A stretch of 64,000 bases of DNA from Alphaproteobacteria bacterium (GCA_965228895.1 OZ245842.1:2112001-2176000); one strand, 5' to 3'; counted from the stretch's first letter, positions 1-10,027 are shown. Numbers and translations: made by a program. Notes: a model not told the origin generated them from the letters alone.

Positions 1-1
1 G

Positions 2-1615
2 CTTAAGGACGAGCTAGAGGACCTGGCTTTCGTCGAACTCAACCCGACCGCACGCGCGTCGGTGGTCGAGCGGCTGCGCTACCTGCGCGAAGAAGGCGGG
101 GATATGATCACCCGCATTGTCGAGCGCCTGGAACAGACGCTGTCTGAAGCCGGTATCGAGGCCGAGGTGATCGGGCGGGAAAAGCGGCCCTATTCGATTT
201 GGCGCACCATGCAGCGCAAGAATGTCGGCTTCGAGCAGCTGTCGGACATCGTCGCGTTCCGGGTTGTCGTCGACACCGTCCCGCGCTGTTATGAGACCCT
301 TGGTGTCGTCCACGGCACCTGGCCGACGGTGCCAGGCCGTTTCAAGGACTACATCTCGACACCCAAGCCGAACGGCTATCGCTCGATTCACACGACCGTT
401 TATGGGCCCGAACATCAGCGCCTGGAAATCCAGATCCGGACCCGCGAAATGCACGAAATCGCCGAGTTCGGGGTTGCCGCGCACTGGAGCTATAAATCCG
501 GCGACCCGACATCGGCGGTTCGCGATGGACGCCAGTACCGCTGGGTCCGCGAGCTGTTGGAAATCCTGGAGCATGCGGCTGGCCCCGAGGAGTTCCTGGA
601 GCACACCAAGCTCGAGATGTTCCAGGATCAGGTTTTCTGCTTTTCACCGCGCGGCGACATCATCGCGCTGCCGCGCGGCGCGACACCCGTCGATTTTGCC
701 TATGCCGTGCACACGGATGTCGGCGACACCTGTGTTGGCGCCAAAATTAACGGACAAATCAAACCGTTACGGACAATTCTTGAGAATGGAGATCAGGTTG
801 AGATCGTGCGCTCCAACGTCGCCGCACCGAGCCCGACCTGGGAACAGTTTGTCGTAACCGGCAAGGCACGCAGCCGCATTCGGCGCTTTGTGCGGGGCAA
901 GGAGCGAGACGAGTACATTCAGCTCGGCAAGGCGATCGTCGAGCGCGCGTTTGTCCAGGCCGGCTTTGACGCAACGCGCAAGGCCATTCGGCGCGCCTGC
1001 GAGGTGTTGGGCCAAAAGACCCCTGACGATCTTTATGCCGCGGTCGGCGATGGCGGTATCTCCGGCTCTGCGGCGGTTGGCGCGGTTTACCCGGAAGCTG
1101 TCGATGGCAAACCCGCAAAAGGCAAGGCGCGGGGCAAGAAAGGCAAGGGCTCTGCGGGCGACCACGCGATCCCGATCCGCGGCCTGATCCCCGGCATGGC
1201 GGTCCATTTCGCCAATTGCTGCCACCCGCTGCCGGGGGACCGCATTGTCGGCATTGTGACCACCGGCAAGGGCGTCACGATCCACACCATCGATTGCGAC
1301 ATGCTGCAGCAGTTCGAGGCGACGCCGGAACGCTGGATCGATGTCGCCTGGACGGTTGACGGCGAGACCGCCGAGCTGCACGTGGGTCGCATTCACGTCA
1401 CGGTTTCCAACGAACCGGGCACGCTAGGGACCATGTCGACCCTGATTGCCCGCAACAACGGCAATATCTCGAACCTCAAGATCACCAACCGGTCGACCGA
1501 CTTTTTCGACATGGTCATCGATGTTGAGGTCAGGGACGTAAAACACCTGACCAACGTTATTGCCGCGCTCAGAGCCAACCCCAGCGTCAACTCCGTCGAG
1601 CGGTCCAGACTGTGA
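2..1615 (+). CDS. spoT: Bifunctional (p)ppGpp synthetase/hydrolase Rsh (RelA/SpoT), 5'-truncated by window edge
   Basis: Frame open from base 2 (LKDELEDLAF); synthetase motifs GREKRPYS, SDIVAFR, KDYISTPKPNGYRSIHT, EIQIRT; TGS domain (GATPVDFAYAVHT); C-terminal CCHPLPGD and ACT domain. Confidence 0.96.
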   Translation, partial: LKDELEDLAFVELNPTARASVVERLRYLREEGGDMITRIVERLEQTLSEAGIEAEVIGREKRPYSIWRTMQRKNVGFEQLSDIVAFRVVVDTVPRCYETLGVVHGTWPTVPGRFKDYISTPKPNGYRSIHTTVYGPEHQRLEIQIRTREMHEIAEFGVAAHWSYKSGDPTSAVRDGRQYRWVRELLEILEHAAGPEEFLEHTKLEMFQDQVFCFSPRGDIIALPRGATPVDFAYAVHTDVGDTCVGAKINGQIKPLRTILENGDQVEIVRSNVAAPSPTWEQFVVTGKARSRIRRFVRGKERDEYIQLGKAIVERAFVQAGFDATRKAIRRACEVLGQKTPDDLYAAVGDGGISGSAAVGAVYPEAVDGKPAKGKARGKKGKGSAGDHAIPIRGLIPGMAVHFANCCHPLPGDRIVGIVTTGKGVTIHTIDCDMLQQFEATPERWIDVAWTVDGETAELHVGRIHVTVSNEPGTLGTMSTLIARNNGNISNLKITNRSTDFFDMVIDVEVRDVKHLTNVIAALRANPSVNSVERSRL

Positions 1616-1750
1616 CGCCAGGGTTCCCGCCGGACCGGCCATCGGCTATATGCAGGCTCTTGCCGTGAAATCCGAATTGTTTGGAGTGTGTGCCATGGCC
1701 CGCAGGCGGCGCCCAGTGCAGGTTAACCACACCGGATCAGGCCAACCGGC

Positions 1751-2170
1751 ATGATTCTGGGCCTTGGTCTCGACATCATCGACATTCGGCGCATCGAAAA
1801 CACGCTGGAGCGCTTCGGTGATCGCTTCACCCATCGGATCTTTACCGAAATCGAGCGCAGCAAGGCCGATCGGCGTCGCATGCGCGCGGCGACCTATGCC
1901 AAGCGGTTCGCCGCCAAGGAGGCTTGCTCCAAGGCCCTGGGTACCGGCTTTCGCCGCGGCGTTTTTTGGCGCGATCTGCAGGTAACCAACCTGCCGAGCG
2001 GCAAGCCGACCATGAAGCTGACCGGCGGCGCCGCCATACGCCTGGAAGAGTTGTTGCCCGACGGCATGACCGCTGTCATCGATCTCTCCATGACCGACGA
2101 TCACCCTTTGGCGCAGGCCATGGTGATCATTTCCGCCATTCCGCAGTCCGGGAACTCCCTTGATGCCTGA
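1751..2170 (+). CDS. acpS: Holo-ACP synthase
   Basis: GLGLDII and [15 protein letters not shown] motifs; conserved position before lepB. Confidence 0.96.
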   Translation: MILGLGLDIIDIRRIENTLERFGDRFTHRIFTEIERSKADRRRMRAATYAKRFAAKEACSKALGTGFRRGVFWRDLQVTNLPSGKPTMKLTGGAAIRLEELLPDGMTAVIDLSMTDDHPLAQAMVIISAIPQSGNSLDA

Positions 2171-2945
2171 CGTCGATAAATCCGCCGAAGTGGCCAAGGC
2201 CGAGGCGGCCAAGAAGAAGGATGGCGGCTGGTTCGAGCTGATCCGCACCGTCTTTTACGCGGTGCTGATCGCTCTCGTGGTCCGTACCTTTGCCTATGAA
2301 CCCTTCAACATTCCGTCGGGGTCAATGAAGCCAACCTTGCTGATTGGCGACTATCTCTTCGTTTCGAAGTTCGCCTATGGCTACAGCAAGTATTCGTTGC
2401 CGACCTTCGGCGTCGACCTGTTCGACGGGCGCATCTTCGGATCGGACCCGGAGCGCGGCGACGTCGCGGTGTTCCGCAAGCCGACCGAGCCGGATATCGA
2501 CTTCATCAAGCGGATCGTCGGGTTGCCCGGCGATCGTATCCAGATGATCGGCGGTGTCCTCCATATCAATGATCAACCGGTCGAACTGACCGCCGATGGT
2601 ATATTCGTCGACGACATGTGCTCGCGTACCCGCGAAGTCCCGCAACTCATCGAGACCCTGCCCAACGGTGTCAGCCACCTGATTCTGAACGAGATCGATG
2701 GCCACTATCTCGATAACACCGACGTCTATCTGGTGCCCGATGGGCACTACTTCGCCATGGGCGACAACCGCGATCAATCGTCGGATAGCCGCGTGACCAA
2801 CAGCGTCGGTTTTGTGCCTGCCGAGAACCTGATCGGCCGCGCGGAGATCATCTTCTTCTCCGCCGATACCTGCGGCAGCCTGTACAATCCGCTGACCTGG
2901 CCAAGCTCGATCCGGTGGAGCCGGCTTTTCATGTCGATCGAATGA
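2163..2945 (+). CDS. lepB: Signal peptidase I
   Basis: PSGSMKPTL (catalytic Ser), [11 protein letters not shown] (catalytic Lys), [12 protein letters not shown]; ATG at 2163. Confidence 0.96.
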   Translation: MPDVDKSAEVAKAEAAKKKDGGWFELIRTVFYAVLIALVVRTFAYEPFNIPSGSMKPTLLIGDYLFVSKFAYGYSKYSLPTFGVDLFDGRIFGSDPERGDVAVFRKPTEPDIDFIKRIVGLPGDRIQMIGGVLHINDQPVELTADGIFVDDMCSRTREVPQLIETLPNGVSHLILNEIDGHYLDNTDVYLVPDGHYFAMGDNRDQSSDSRVTNSVGFVPAENLIGRAEIIFFSADTCGSLYNPLTWPSSIRWSRLFMSIE

Positions 2946-3640
2946 CCGGCGAGCCGGGCCTCGATCGGCTTCAGGAGATCCTGGGTCACCAATTCGGCGA
3001 CGATGAACTTGCCCGTCAGGCGCTGACCCATCGCAGCACGGCAGCAGGTCGCCTGGGACATGGCTACGAACGGCTCGAATTTCTGGGCGACCGGGTCCTC
3101 GGCGTCGTGGTCGCGCACATGCTCTACGACCGCTTCCCCGATGAACCGGAAGGCAAACTGTCCGTTCGTCAGGCCTCGCTCGTACGCAAAGAAACCCTGG
3201 CGGAGGTTGCGCGGGAACTCGGTCTGGGCGACTTCATCAACCTGTCGGCCGGCGAGGACGAGAGCGGGACGCGCGATAGCGCATCGGTTCTGGCCGACGT
3301 GACCGAGGCGTTGATCGGCGCTCTTTATCTGGACGGCGGTCTTAAGGCGGCGTCCGACTTTATCCGCCGCTGTTGGGACGCACGCATGCAGGCGCAGACG
3401 ACGCCGCCGCGTGACGCCAAGACCAGGCTCCAGGAATGGGCTCTGGGCCGCGGGCTGCCTCTGCCGTCCTACCGTATGGTGTCCCAGGAGGGACCGGCGC
3501 ACGAACCGGAGATCACGGTTGAATTGACCGTGAAAGGCCAAGCTGCCGTTGTGGCGACCGGCGGCTCCAAGCGGGCCGCGCAACAACAGGCGGCCGAGGA
3601 TCTGCTTAACCGACTTGGTGAAGCCGGAGACGGCGCATGA
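2942..3640 (+). CDS. rnc: Ribonuclease III
   Basis: ERLEFLGDRVL signature, C-terminal dsRBD (KTRLQEW...GPAHEP); ATGA overlap with lepB stop. Confidence 0.97.
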   Translation: MTGEPGLDRLQEILGHQFGDDELARQALTHRSTAAGRLGHGYERLEFLGDRVLGVVVAHMLYDRFPDEPEGKLSVRQASLVRKETLAEVARELGLGDFINLSAGEDESGTRDSASVLADVTEALIGALYLDGGLKAASDFIRRCWDARMQAQTTPPRDAKTRLQEWALGRGLPLPSYRMVSQEGPAHEPEITVELTVKGQAAVVATGGSKRAAQQQAAEDLLNRLGEAGDGA

Positions 3641-4545
3641 ACGCCGACGCCACGTCCTGTGGTTTCGTCGCTCTGCTGGGCGCGCCCAATGCCGGCAAAT
3701 CGACCCTGCTGAACGCCATGGTCGGCGCCAAGGTCTCGATCGTGACGCCGAAGGTGCAGACGACGCGGACGCGGATTACCGGTATCCGCATCGTTGACGC
3801 GACCCAGGTGATCTTCGTCGATACGCCCGGCATCTTCGCGCCCAAACGGCGCCTGGAGCGGGCCATGGTCGAGGCGGCATGGGCCGGGCTGGAGGGCGCC
3901 GATGTCGCGGTCCTGCTGATCGACGCGACCCACGGCGTCGACAAGAACACCCGGCGCATCCTCGACCGCCTTGCGGAGAAAAAACGGCCTGTTGTTGTCG
4001 CGCTCAACAAGGTCGACCGGGTCGCCAAGCACAACCTGTTGCCGCTGGCCGCCGCGATCAACGAGGCCGGCCAGGCCGACGAGATCTTCATGATTTCGGC
4101 GCTTAACGGCGACGGCGTCGAGGAGCTGCTGCGTTATGTCGCCGAAAGCATGCCGCCGGGGCCGTGGCTTTATCCCGAAGACCAGATCTCTGATGTACCC
4201 ATGCGCATGATGGCGGCCGAGATCACACGCGAGAAGCTGTTCCTGGCGCTCCATCAAGAGCTGCCCTATGGCCTTTCGGTCGAGACCGAGATGTGGACCG
4301 AGATCGACGAGGAAGACGCGGTCAGGATCGACCAGATCATCTACGTCGCCAAGGACGGTCACAAACCCATCGTGCTCGGCAAGGGCGGCCAGATGCTGAA
4401 ACGCATTGGCACGACCGCGCGCAAGGAACTGGAAGCCATTCTGGGCTGCCGGGTGCACCTCTTCCTGCACGTCAAGGTGCGGCCCAATTGGCTGGATGAA
4501 CCGGCCCGCTATCGCGAGATGGGTCTGGAGTTTCCGCGCCAATGA
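3637..4545 (+). CDS. era: GTPase Era
   Basis: GAPNAGKS, DTPG, NKVD and KH domain (VLGKGG). Confidence 0.97.
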   Translation: MNADATSCGFVALLGAPNAGKSTLLNAMVGAKVSIVTPKVQTTRTRITGIRIVDATQVIFVDTPGIFAPKRRLERAMVEAAWAGLEGADVAVLLIDATHGVDKNTRRILDRLAEKKRPVVVALNKVDRVAKHNLLPLAAAINEAGQADEIFMISALNGDGVEELLRYVAESMPPGPWLYPEDQISDVPMRMMAAEITREKLFLALHQELPYGLSVETEMWTEIDEEDAVRIDQIIYVAKDGHKPIVLGKGGQMLKRIGTTARKELEAILGCRVHLFLHVKVRPNWLDEPARYREMGLEFPRQ

Positions 4546-4585
4546 CAGCGTGGCGTTGGATCAATCCCCGCTCACGCGGAAACGG

Positions 4586-4658
4586 CGCTGGCCCGCGCCC
4601 CCTCCTGGCCACCCCGAGGATGCTGCCATGGGTGGCCGGGAGGGGGCGTGGGCCGGTG
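4586..4658 (+). other. Long intergenic hairpin (29-bp stem, 15-nt loop)
   Basis: Arms 4586-4614 and 4630-4658 pair at all 29 positions as + strand RNA, 4 of them G-U. Confidence 0.85.
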
Positions 4659-4692
4659 ATGCCGACGAAACCGAGAACGCGCTAGACAGCCT

Positions 4693-5439
4693 ATGCAGTG
4701 GTCCGACGAGGGTTATGTGCTCAACGCCTGCCGCCACGGTGAAACGAGTGCCATCGTCAGCCTGCTGACCCGCGAACACGGCCGCCATCCCGGACTGGTG
4801 CGTGGCGGCGCGGGCCGCAAGTCGCGCGGCATGCTGCAGCCCGGCAACCGCGTCGAGGCCCGTTGGCGCGGCCGGCTTGAAGAACATCTGGGCACCTACA
4901 CGATGGAACTGGCGACAGCCCAAGGATCAGTGCTGCTGGACGATGCCGATCGTCTGGCCTGTCTGGCCTCGGCGTGTGCGGTCGTCGAACAGACCTTGCC
5001 CGAGCGCCATCCCTATCCGGCGGTCTATGAAGCTTTCGGCGCCTTGCTCGACGCGTTGTCGGCGGACAACGAGATCTGGAGTCCGATCTATGTCCGCTGG
5101 GAACTCGGGCTCCTGGAGCAACTGGGGTTTGGTCTTGATCTCTCGTCTTGCGCGGCAACCGGCGCGACCGATGATCTTATCTACGTCTCGCCAAAGTCAG
5201 GGCGCGCGGTCTCGGCCGCTGCCGGCGAAAGCTATAAGGCGCGTCTGTTGCCGCTGCCGGCATTTCTGACTGGTTCCGGCAACGCTAATGCCGATGATGT
5301 GCTTGCCGGACTGGCCTTGACCGGCCACTTTCTGGAGCGTCACCTGCTTGCTCACGACGCCACCGGGATCGCGCCGGCGCGTGAGCGATTTCTCCATCGC
5401 TTGGCTCGCAAAGAGCCCGATCGGCCCTCATCCAGGTGA
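4693..5439 (+). CDS. recO: DNA repair protein RecO
   Basis: MQWSDEG...HGETSAIV...GRHPGLVRGG, LGFGLDLSSCAATG, YVSPKSGRAVS; follows rnc-era. Confidence 0.96.
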   Translation: MQWSDEGYVLNACRHGETSAIVSLLTREHGRHPGLVRGGAGRKSRGMLQPGNRVEARWRGRLEEHLGTYTMELATAQGSVLLDDADRLACLASACAVVEQTLPERHPYPAVYEAFGALLDALSADNEIWSPIYVRWELGLLEQLGFGLDLSSCAATGATDDLIYVSPKSGRAVSAAAGESYKARLLPLPAFLTGSGNANADDVLAGLALTGHFLERHLLAHDATGIAPARERFLHRLARKEPDRPSSR

Positions 5440-5525
5440 TGAGGGCCGTGAATCGATCTCGCGTTACTAAAGAAGAGCAAGATTCACGCTTCTGATTGGA
5501 TTCAATCAACAGCGATCTTGCTCTT
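5412..5525. repeat. Diverged two-hairpin palindromic element (same architecture as the 7774 and 38327 repeats)
   Basis: Left: CGAT-CGGCCCTCATC/GATGAGGGCCG-TGA(bulge)-ATCG. Right: AAGAGCAAGAT-TCA(bulge)-CGCT..TGATTG/CAATCA..AGCG-ATCTTGCTCTT. GANTC at both bulges. Confidence 0.7.
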
Positions 5526-5554
5526 TCCACAATATCTGGTGGTATAACCCGCGT

Positions 5555-7777
5555 ATGACGGACGTCGTAGACAAACCCAATATTGAACCGGTCGCGCTCG
5601 GCGAGGCGCTCTCCGAGCGTTACCTTGCCTATGCGCTCTCCACGATCACCGCGCGATCCCTGCCTGATGTGCGTGACGGCCTGAAGCCTGTCCACCGGCG
5701 CCTGCTTTACGCCATGCGCCAACTGAAGCTCAATCCGGCCGACGGGTTCAAGAAATCCGCCCGCGTGGTCGGCGATGTGATCGGTAAGTACCATCCCCAT
5801 GGCGATGTCGCGATCTATGACGCGCTGGTCCGGCTGGCCCAGGACTTTGCCGCCCGTTACCCGCTGGTCGACGGCCAGGGCAATTTCGGTAATGTGGACG
5901 GCGATAGCGCCGCGGCTATGCGGTACACCGAAGCGCGCATGACCGAGGTCGCGATGGCGCTGCTGGAGGGCATCGACGAGGACGCCGTCGACTTCCGCCC
6001 GACCTATGACGGCTCCGAAGACGAGCCGGTCGTCTTGCCCGCGCGTTTCCCGAACCTGTTGGCGAACGGCGCCAGCGGCATTGCCGTCGGTATGGCGACC
6101 AGCATCCCGCCGCACAATGTCGGTGAGCTGTGCGCGGCGCTGGTGCACTTGGTCGACAAACGCAATGCCCAGGCCGCGACCCTTGCCGGGTACATTCCAG
6201 GGCCCGATTTCCCGACCGGCGGCGAACTGGTCGAGCCGCATGAGAACATCAAGGAAGCCTATGCCACGGGCCGCGGCTCGTTCCGTCTGCGCGCGCGCTG
6301 GGTCAAGGAGGACCTTGGGCGCGGCCAGTATCAGATCGTCGTCACCGAAATTCCCTATCAGGTGCAGAAGTCACGCCTGATCGAACGCATCGCCGAACTG
6401 ATCGACGCGCGCAAGCTGCCGTTGCTGGAGACCGTGCTGGATGAGTCGGCGGAGGATATCCGTCTCGTCCTGCAGCCCAAGAGCCGGACGGTCGAGGCCG
6501 AGGTGCTGATGGAAAGCCTGTTCCGCGCGACGGAGCTGGAAAACCGCATCAGCCTCAACATGAACATGCTGGATGGCGACGGCGTGCCCAAGGTGATGAA
6601 CCTGCGCGATGCGCTCCTGGCGTTCATCGATCATCGCCAAGTGGTGCTCGTCAGGCGCAGCCGCTACCGGCTCGACAAGATCAACCATCGCCTGGAGATC
6701 CTGGGCGGCTACCTGATCGTCTTCCTGAACCTGGACGAGGTGATCCGCATCATCCGCGAGGAGGACGAGCCCAAGCCGGCGCTAATGAAGCGCTTCAAGC
6801 TCTCCGACGTTCAGGCCGAAGCGATTTTGAACATGCGCCTGCGGTCTCTTCGCAAGCTTGAGGAGATGGAGCTCAAGCGCGAGAAAAAGGCGCTGACCGA
6901 TGAAAAGAAGTCGCTGAACGCGCTTTTGAAGAGCGAAGCCCAGCAGAAGAAGATGCTGAAGGCCGAGTTCAAGGACATCCGCGCGAAGTTCGGCGAGAAG
7001 ACCGAGCTCGGCAAACGGCGCACCACGATTGGCAAGCCGCCGGCCGAGATCGACGTGCCGATCGAGGCGACCGTCGAGCGCGAGCCGATTACGGTCGTTC
7101 TGTCGGCCAAGGGCTGGATCCGCGCGGTCAAAGGCCACGGCGACGCCGTCGGCACCCTGCGCTTCAAGGAAGGCGACCGTGAGCGATTCCGCTGCGAGGC
7201 CCACACCACCGACAAGCTCGTCTTGTTCGCCACCAACGGCCGTTTCTATACGGTCGCTTGCGATAAGCTGCCGGGCGGGCGCGGTTACGGCGATCCCGTC
7301 AAGCTGATGATTGACCTGGGCAATGAGGGTGATATCGCCTCCATGATGGTCTATGTCGGCGGCCGTCAGTTCCTGGTCGCGTCGTCAGAGGGCAGGGGTT
7401 TCCTGGTGCCGGAGGATGCGGTGCTGGCACAGACACGTGGCGGCAAGCAGGTCCTGAACGTCTCGGGCAAGGGCGAGGCTGTTGTCGCCCGTGTCGCGGA
7501 AGGCAGCCACGTCGCGGTTGTCGGGGAAAACCGCAAGCTCATCATCTTCCCGGTCGGCGAACTGCCGGAGATGACCCGGGGCCGCGGTGTCATCCTGCAG
7601 CGCTACAACAGCGGCGGCCTGAGCGATGCCAAGACCTTCACGCTGAAGGAAGGGCTGAGTTGGCGTAGCGGCAGCCGGACGCGTACGGAAACCAACCTCA
7701 AGAACTGGGTCGGCAAGCGCGGTCAGGCCGGACGTATCGCTCCGCCCGGTTTCTCCAGCGCCAACCGGTTCGGCTAG
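5555..7777 (+). CDS. parC: DNA topoisomerase IV subunit A
   Basis: [27 protein letters not shown] (catalytic Tyr); 740 aa with short CTD and no obvious GyrA box. Confidence 0.94.
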   Translation: MTDVVDKPNIEPVALGEALSERYLAYALSTITARSLPDVRDGLKPVHRRLLYAMRQLKLNPADGFKKSARVVGDVIGKYHPHGDVAIYDALVRLAQDFAARYPLVDGQGNFGNVDGDSAAAMRYTEARMTEVAMALLEGIDEDAVDFRPTYDGSEDEPVVLPARFPNLLANGASGIAVGMATSIPPHNVGELCAALVHLVDKRNAQAATLAGYIPGPDFPTGGELVEPHENIKEAYATGRGSFRLRARWVKEDLGRGQYQIVVTEIPYQVQKSRLIERIAELIDARKLPLLETVLDESAEDIRLVLQPKSRTVEAEVLMESLFRATELENRISLNMNMLDGDGVPKVMNLRDALLAFIDHRQVVLVRRSRYRLDKINHRLEILGGYLIVFLNLDEVIRIIREEDEPKPALMKRFKLSDVQAEAILNMRLRSLRKLEEMELKREKKALTDEKKSLNALLKSEAQQKKMLKAEFKDIRAKFGEKTELGKRRTTIGKPPAEIDVPIEATVEREPITVVLSAKGWIRAVKGHGDAVGTLRFKEGDRERFRCEAHTTDKLVLFATNGRFYTVACDKLPGGRGYGDPVKLMIDLGNEGDIASMMVYVGGRQFLVASSEGRGFLVPEDAVLAQTRGGKQVLNVSGKGEAVVARVAEGSHVAVVGENRKLIIFPVGELPEMTRGRGVILQRYNSGGLSDAKTFTLKEGLSWRSGSRTRTETNLKNWVGKRGQAGRIAPPGFSSANRFG

Positions 7778-7911
7778 AGTAGATCCTGTTTTGATGGAAT
7801 CGCTTCGCGACAACGTCAAGGCAGGCGAATTTGCTCTAGTCATAGACGGAGAGCGGGTTCACATGGTTAGGGGAAACCGTCAATCGGTTCCCCCTAACCA
7901 TGATCCGCTCT
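7774..7911. repeat. 138-bp two-hairpin intergenic repeat, copy 1 (CIR/RIME/Bru-RS-like)
   Basis: Ungapped match to 38327-38464 with 14 mismatches by manual count; starts with CTAG containing the parC stop codon. Confidence 0.92.
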
Positions 7912-7925
7912 AAGCCGCCGCGCCG

Positions 7926-8468
7926 ATGGCTGAGCCAACGCCGCCCGCCGGCACCGTTGGCGCGCTGATCGGTCACATTGATGCTCTCAACCGTGCGGTA
8001 GGGCGCGCGGCGTCGTGGCTGCTGCTGGCCATGGCCTTGGTGACCTTGGCCGTTGTTATCCTGCGCTACGTCTTTTCGACCGGCTTTATCTGGCTCCAGG
8101 AAAGTTACGTCTGGCTCGACGGCATCGCTTTCATGGTCGCCGCCGGCTACACGCTTTTGCGTGACGGTCATGTGCGGGTCGATGTCATCTACCGGTCGGC
8201 CTCGACGCGTTTCAAAGCCTGGGTTGACCTTCTCGGCAGTCTGTTTCTCTTGCTGCCGACCGTCATCGTCGTCGCCTGGTTTTCCGTACCCTATGTCGCG
8301 GCGTCCTGGGAACGCTTGGAAACATCCCGCGAGGCCGCCGGCTTGCCCGGCGTCTTCCTGCTGAAGACGGTCCTGCTGGTCTATTGCTTGTTGTTGGGCC
8401 TCCAGGGGCTAGCGCTGGCGGCGCGCAGCGCGCTCGTACTGATGGATCGGCGGGAGAGGCGGCCATGA
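7926..8468 (+). CDS. dctQ: TRAP transporter small permease
   Basis: Four hydrophobic segments, HVRVDVIY motif; overlaps dctM start. Confidence 0.9.
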   Translation: MAEPTPPAGTVGALIGHIDALNRAVGRAASWLLLAMALVTLAVVILRYVFSTGFIWLQESYVWLDGIAFMVAAGYTLLRDGHVRVDVIYRSASTRFKAWVDLLGSLFLLLPTVIVVAWFSVPYVAASWERLETSREAAGLPGVFLLKTVLLVYCLLLGLQGLALAARSALVLMDRRERRP

Positions 8469-10027
8469 GCGGCGCCGAGATCCTCGCCGTCCTGATGGTC
8501 GCGACGACCTTCGCGGTCCTGCTGGCCGGCTATCCCGTCGCGTTTTCCTTGGCCGGCACCGCGCTCGTCTTCGCCGGTATCGGCTGGGCCACCGGCGAGT
8601 TCAGCATCAATCTTCTGGGCGGCTTGAGTTCCCGCTACTTCGGCGCCATGACCAACGAAACCCTGGTCGCCGTGCCGCTCTTCATCATGATGGGGTTGTT
8701 CCTGGAACGCTCGAAGATTGCCGAACAACTCCTTGAAACTATGGGAATTTTGTTTGGTCGACTTCGGGGCGGGCTGGCGCTGTCGGTGATGATCGTCGGC
8801 GTGCTGCTGGCGGCCTCGACCGGCATTGTCGGGGCGACCGTCGTGACCATGGGGCTGCTCAGCCTGCCGACCATGATGAAGGCGGGCTACGACAACCGCC
8901 TGGCGACCGGGACGATCTGCGCGTCGGGTACCCTCGGTCAGATCATTCCGCCCTCCATCGTCCTGATCCTGCTCGGCGACATGCTGCAAGGCGCCAACAC
9001 CGAGGCGCAGAACGCACTTGGCAACTTCGCGCCCGACCCAGTCTCCGTGATCGACCTCTTTGCCGGCGCCTTCATACCCGGCGTCCTGCTGGTCGGCCTC
9101 TACATGATCTACATCCTCGCGCGCTCGGCGCTCAGGCCGGGCGATGCACCGCCGTTGGTCGATACGCAGGACGCGCGTCTGTTGGCGCGGGTGGTCGACG
9201 TTCTGATCCCGCCCCTGGTGCTGATCATCGCGGTCCTGGGATCGATCTTGGCAGGCGTTGCGACGCCGACGGAAGCGGCGGCGGTCGGCGCCATCGGCGC
9301 CGCGCTGCTCGCTGCACGCCAATTGTCGTCTGGGCGAGGCCTGGCGCCGCTGGTGGCGGCCGGTTGTCTGATTGCCATGCTGCTGGTCGCCAATCTGTTT
9401 GATCTGAGGATCGGCCGCGAGGTCGTGCCCTGGTATGACACCGCGGCTTTCTGGGCGGCGGTTATCCTGGCCGTCGGTTTTGTCGGTGGGCTCGTCTTAA
9501 GTCTCCGGCAGCTTCATCGTACCCGTGTGCTGGGCGACGTATTGGACGGTTCGCTGAAGATCACCTGCATGGTCTTCGTCATCCTGCTCGGCGCCTCGGT
9601 CTTCGCGCTTGTCTTCCGCGGCCTACACGGCGACGACTTGGTTCACGAGGTGCTGACCGACCTGCCGGGCGGCGTTTTCGGCGCCATGGTGCTGGTCATG
9701 GCCGTCATGTTCGTTCTTGGATTCTTCCTCGACTTCATCGAGATCGTTTTTGTCGTCGTGCCGATTGTCGCGCCGGTCCTCTTGACCATGGGGCTGGATC
9801 CGGTCTGGCTCGGCGTCATGATCGCAATCAATCTGCAGACGAGTTTTCTAACGCCGCCGTTCGGCTTTGCGCTGTTCTATCTGCGCGGCGTCGTGCCCGA
9901 CAGCATCCGCACGGCCGACATCTATCGGGGCATCGTGCCGTTTGTCGGTATTCAGCTTGTCGGGCTGGGTCTGGTCGCCCTCATCCCGTCACTTGCTACC
10001 TGGTTACCGAAGGTCCTGTTGCGTTAG
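8465..10027 (+). CDS. dctM: TRAP transporter large permease
   Basis: GYPVAFSLAG, ASGTLGQIIPPSI, NLQTSFLTPPFGFALFYLRG; ATG at 8465. Confidence 0.93.
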   Translation: MSGAEILAVLMVATTFAVLLAGYPVAFSLAGTALVFAGIGWATGEFSINLLGGLSSRYFGAMTNETLVAVPLFIMMGLFLERSKIAEQLLETMGILFGRLRGGLALSVMIVGVLLAASTGIVGATVVTMGLLSLPTMMKAGYDNRLATGTICASGTLGQIIPPSIVLILLGDMLQGANTEAQNALGNFAPDPVSVIDLFAGAFIPGVLLVGLYMIYILARSALRPGDAPPLVDTQDARLLARVVDVLIPPLVLIIAVLGSILAGVATPTEAAAVGAIGAALLAARQLSSGRGLAPLVAAGCLIAMLLVANLFDLRIGREVVPWYDTAAFWAAVILAVGFVGGLVLSLRQLHRTRVLGDVLDGSLKITCMVFVILLGASVFALVFRGLHGDDLVHEVLTDLPGGVFGAMVLVMAVMFVLGFFLDFIEIVFVVVPIVAPVLLTMGLDPVWLGVMIAINLQTSFLTPPFGFALFYLRGVVPDSIRTADIYRGIVPFVGIQLVGLGLVALIPSLATWLPKVLLR

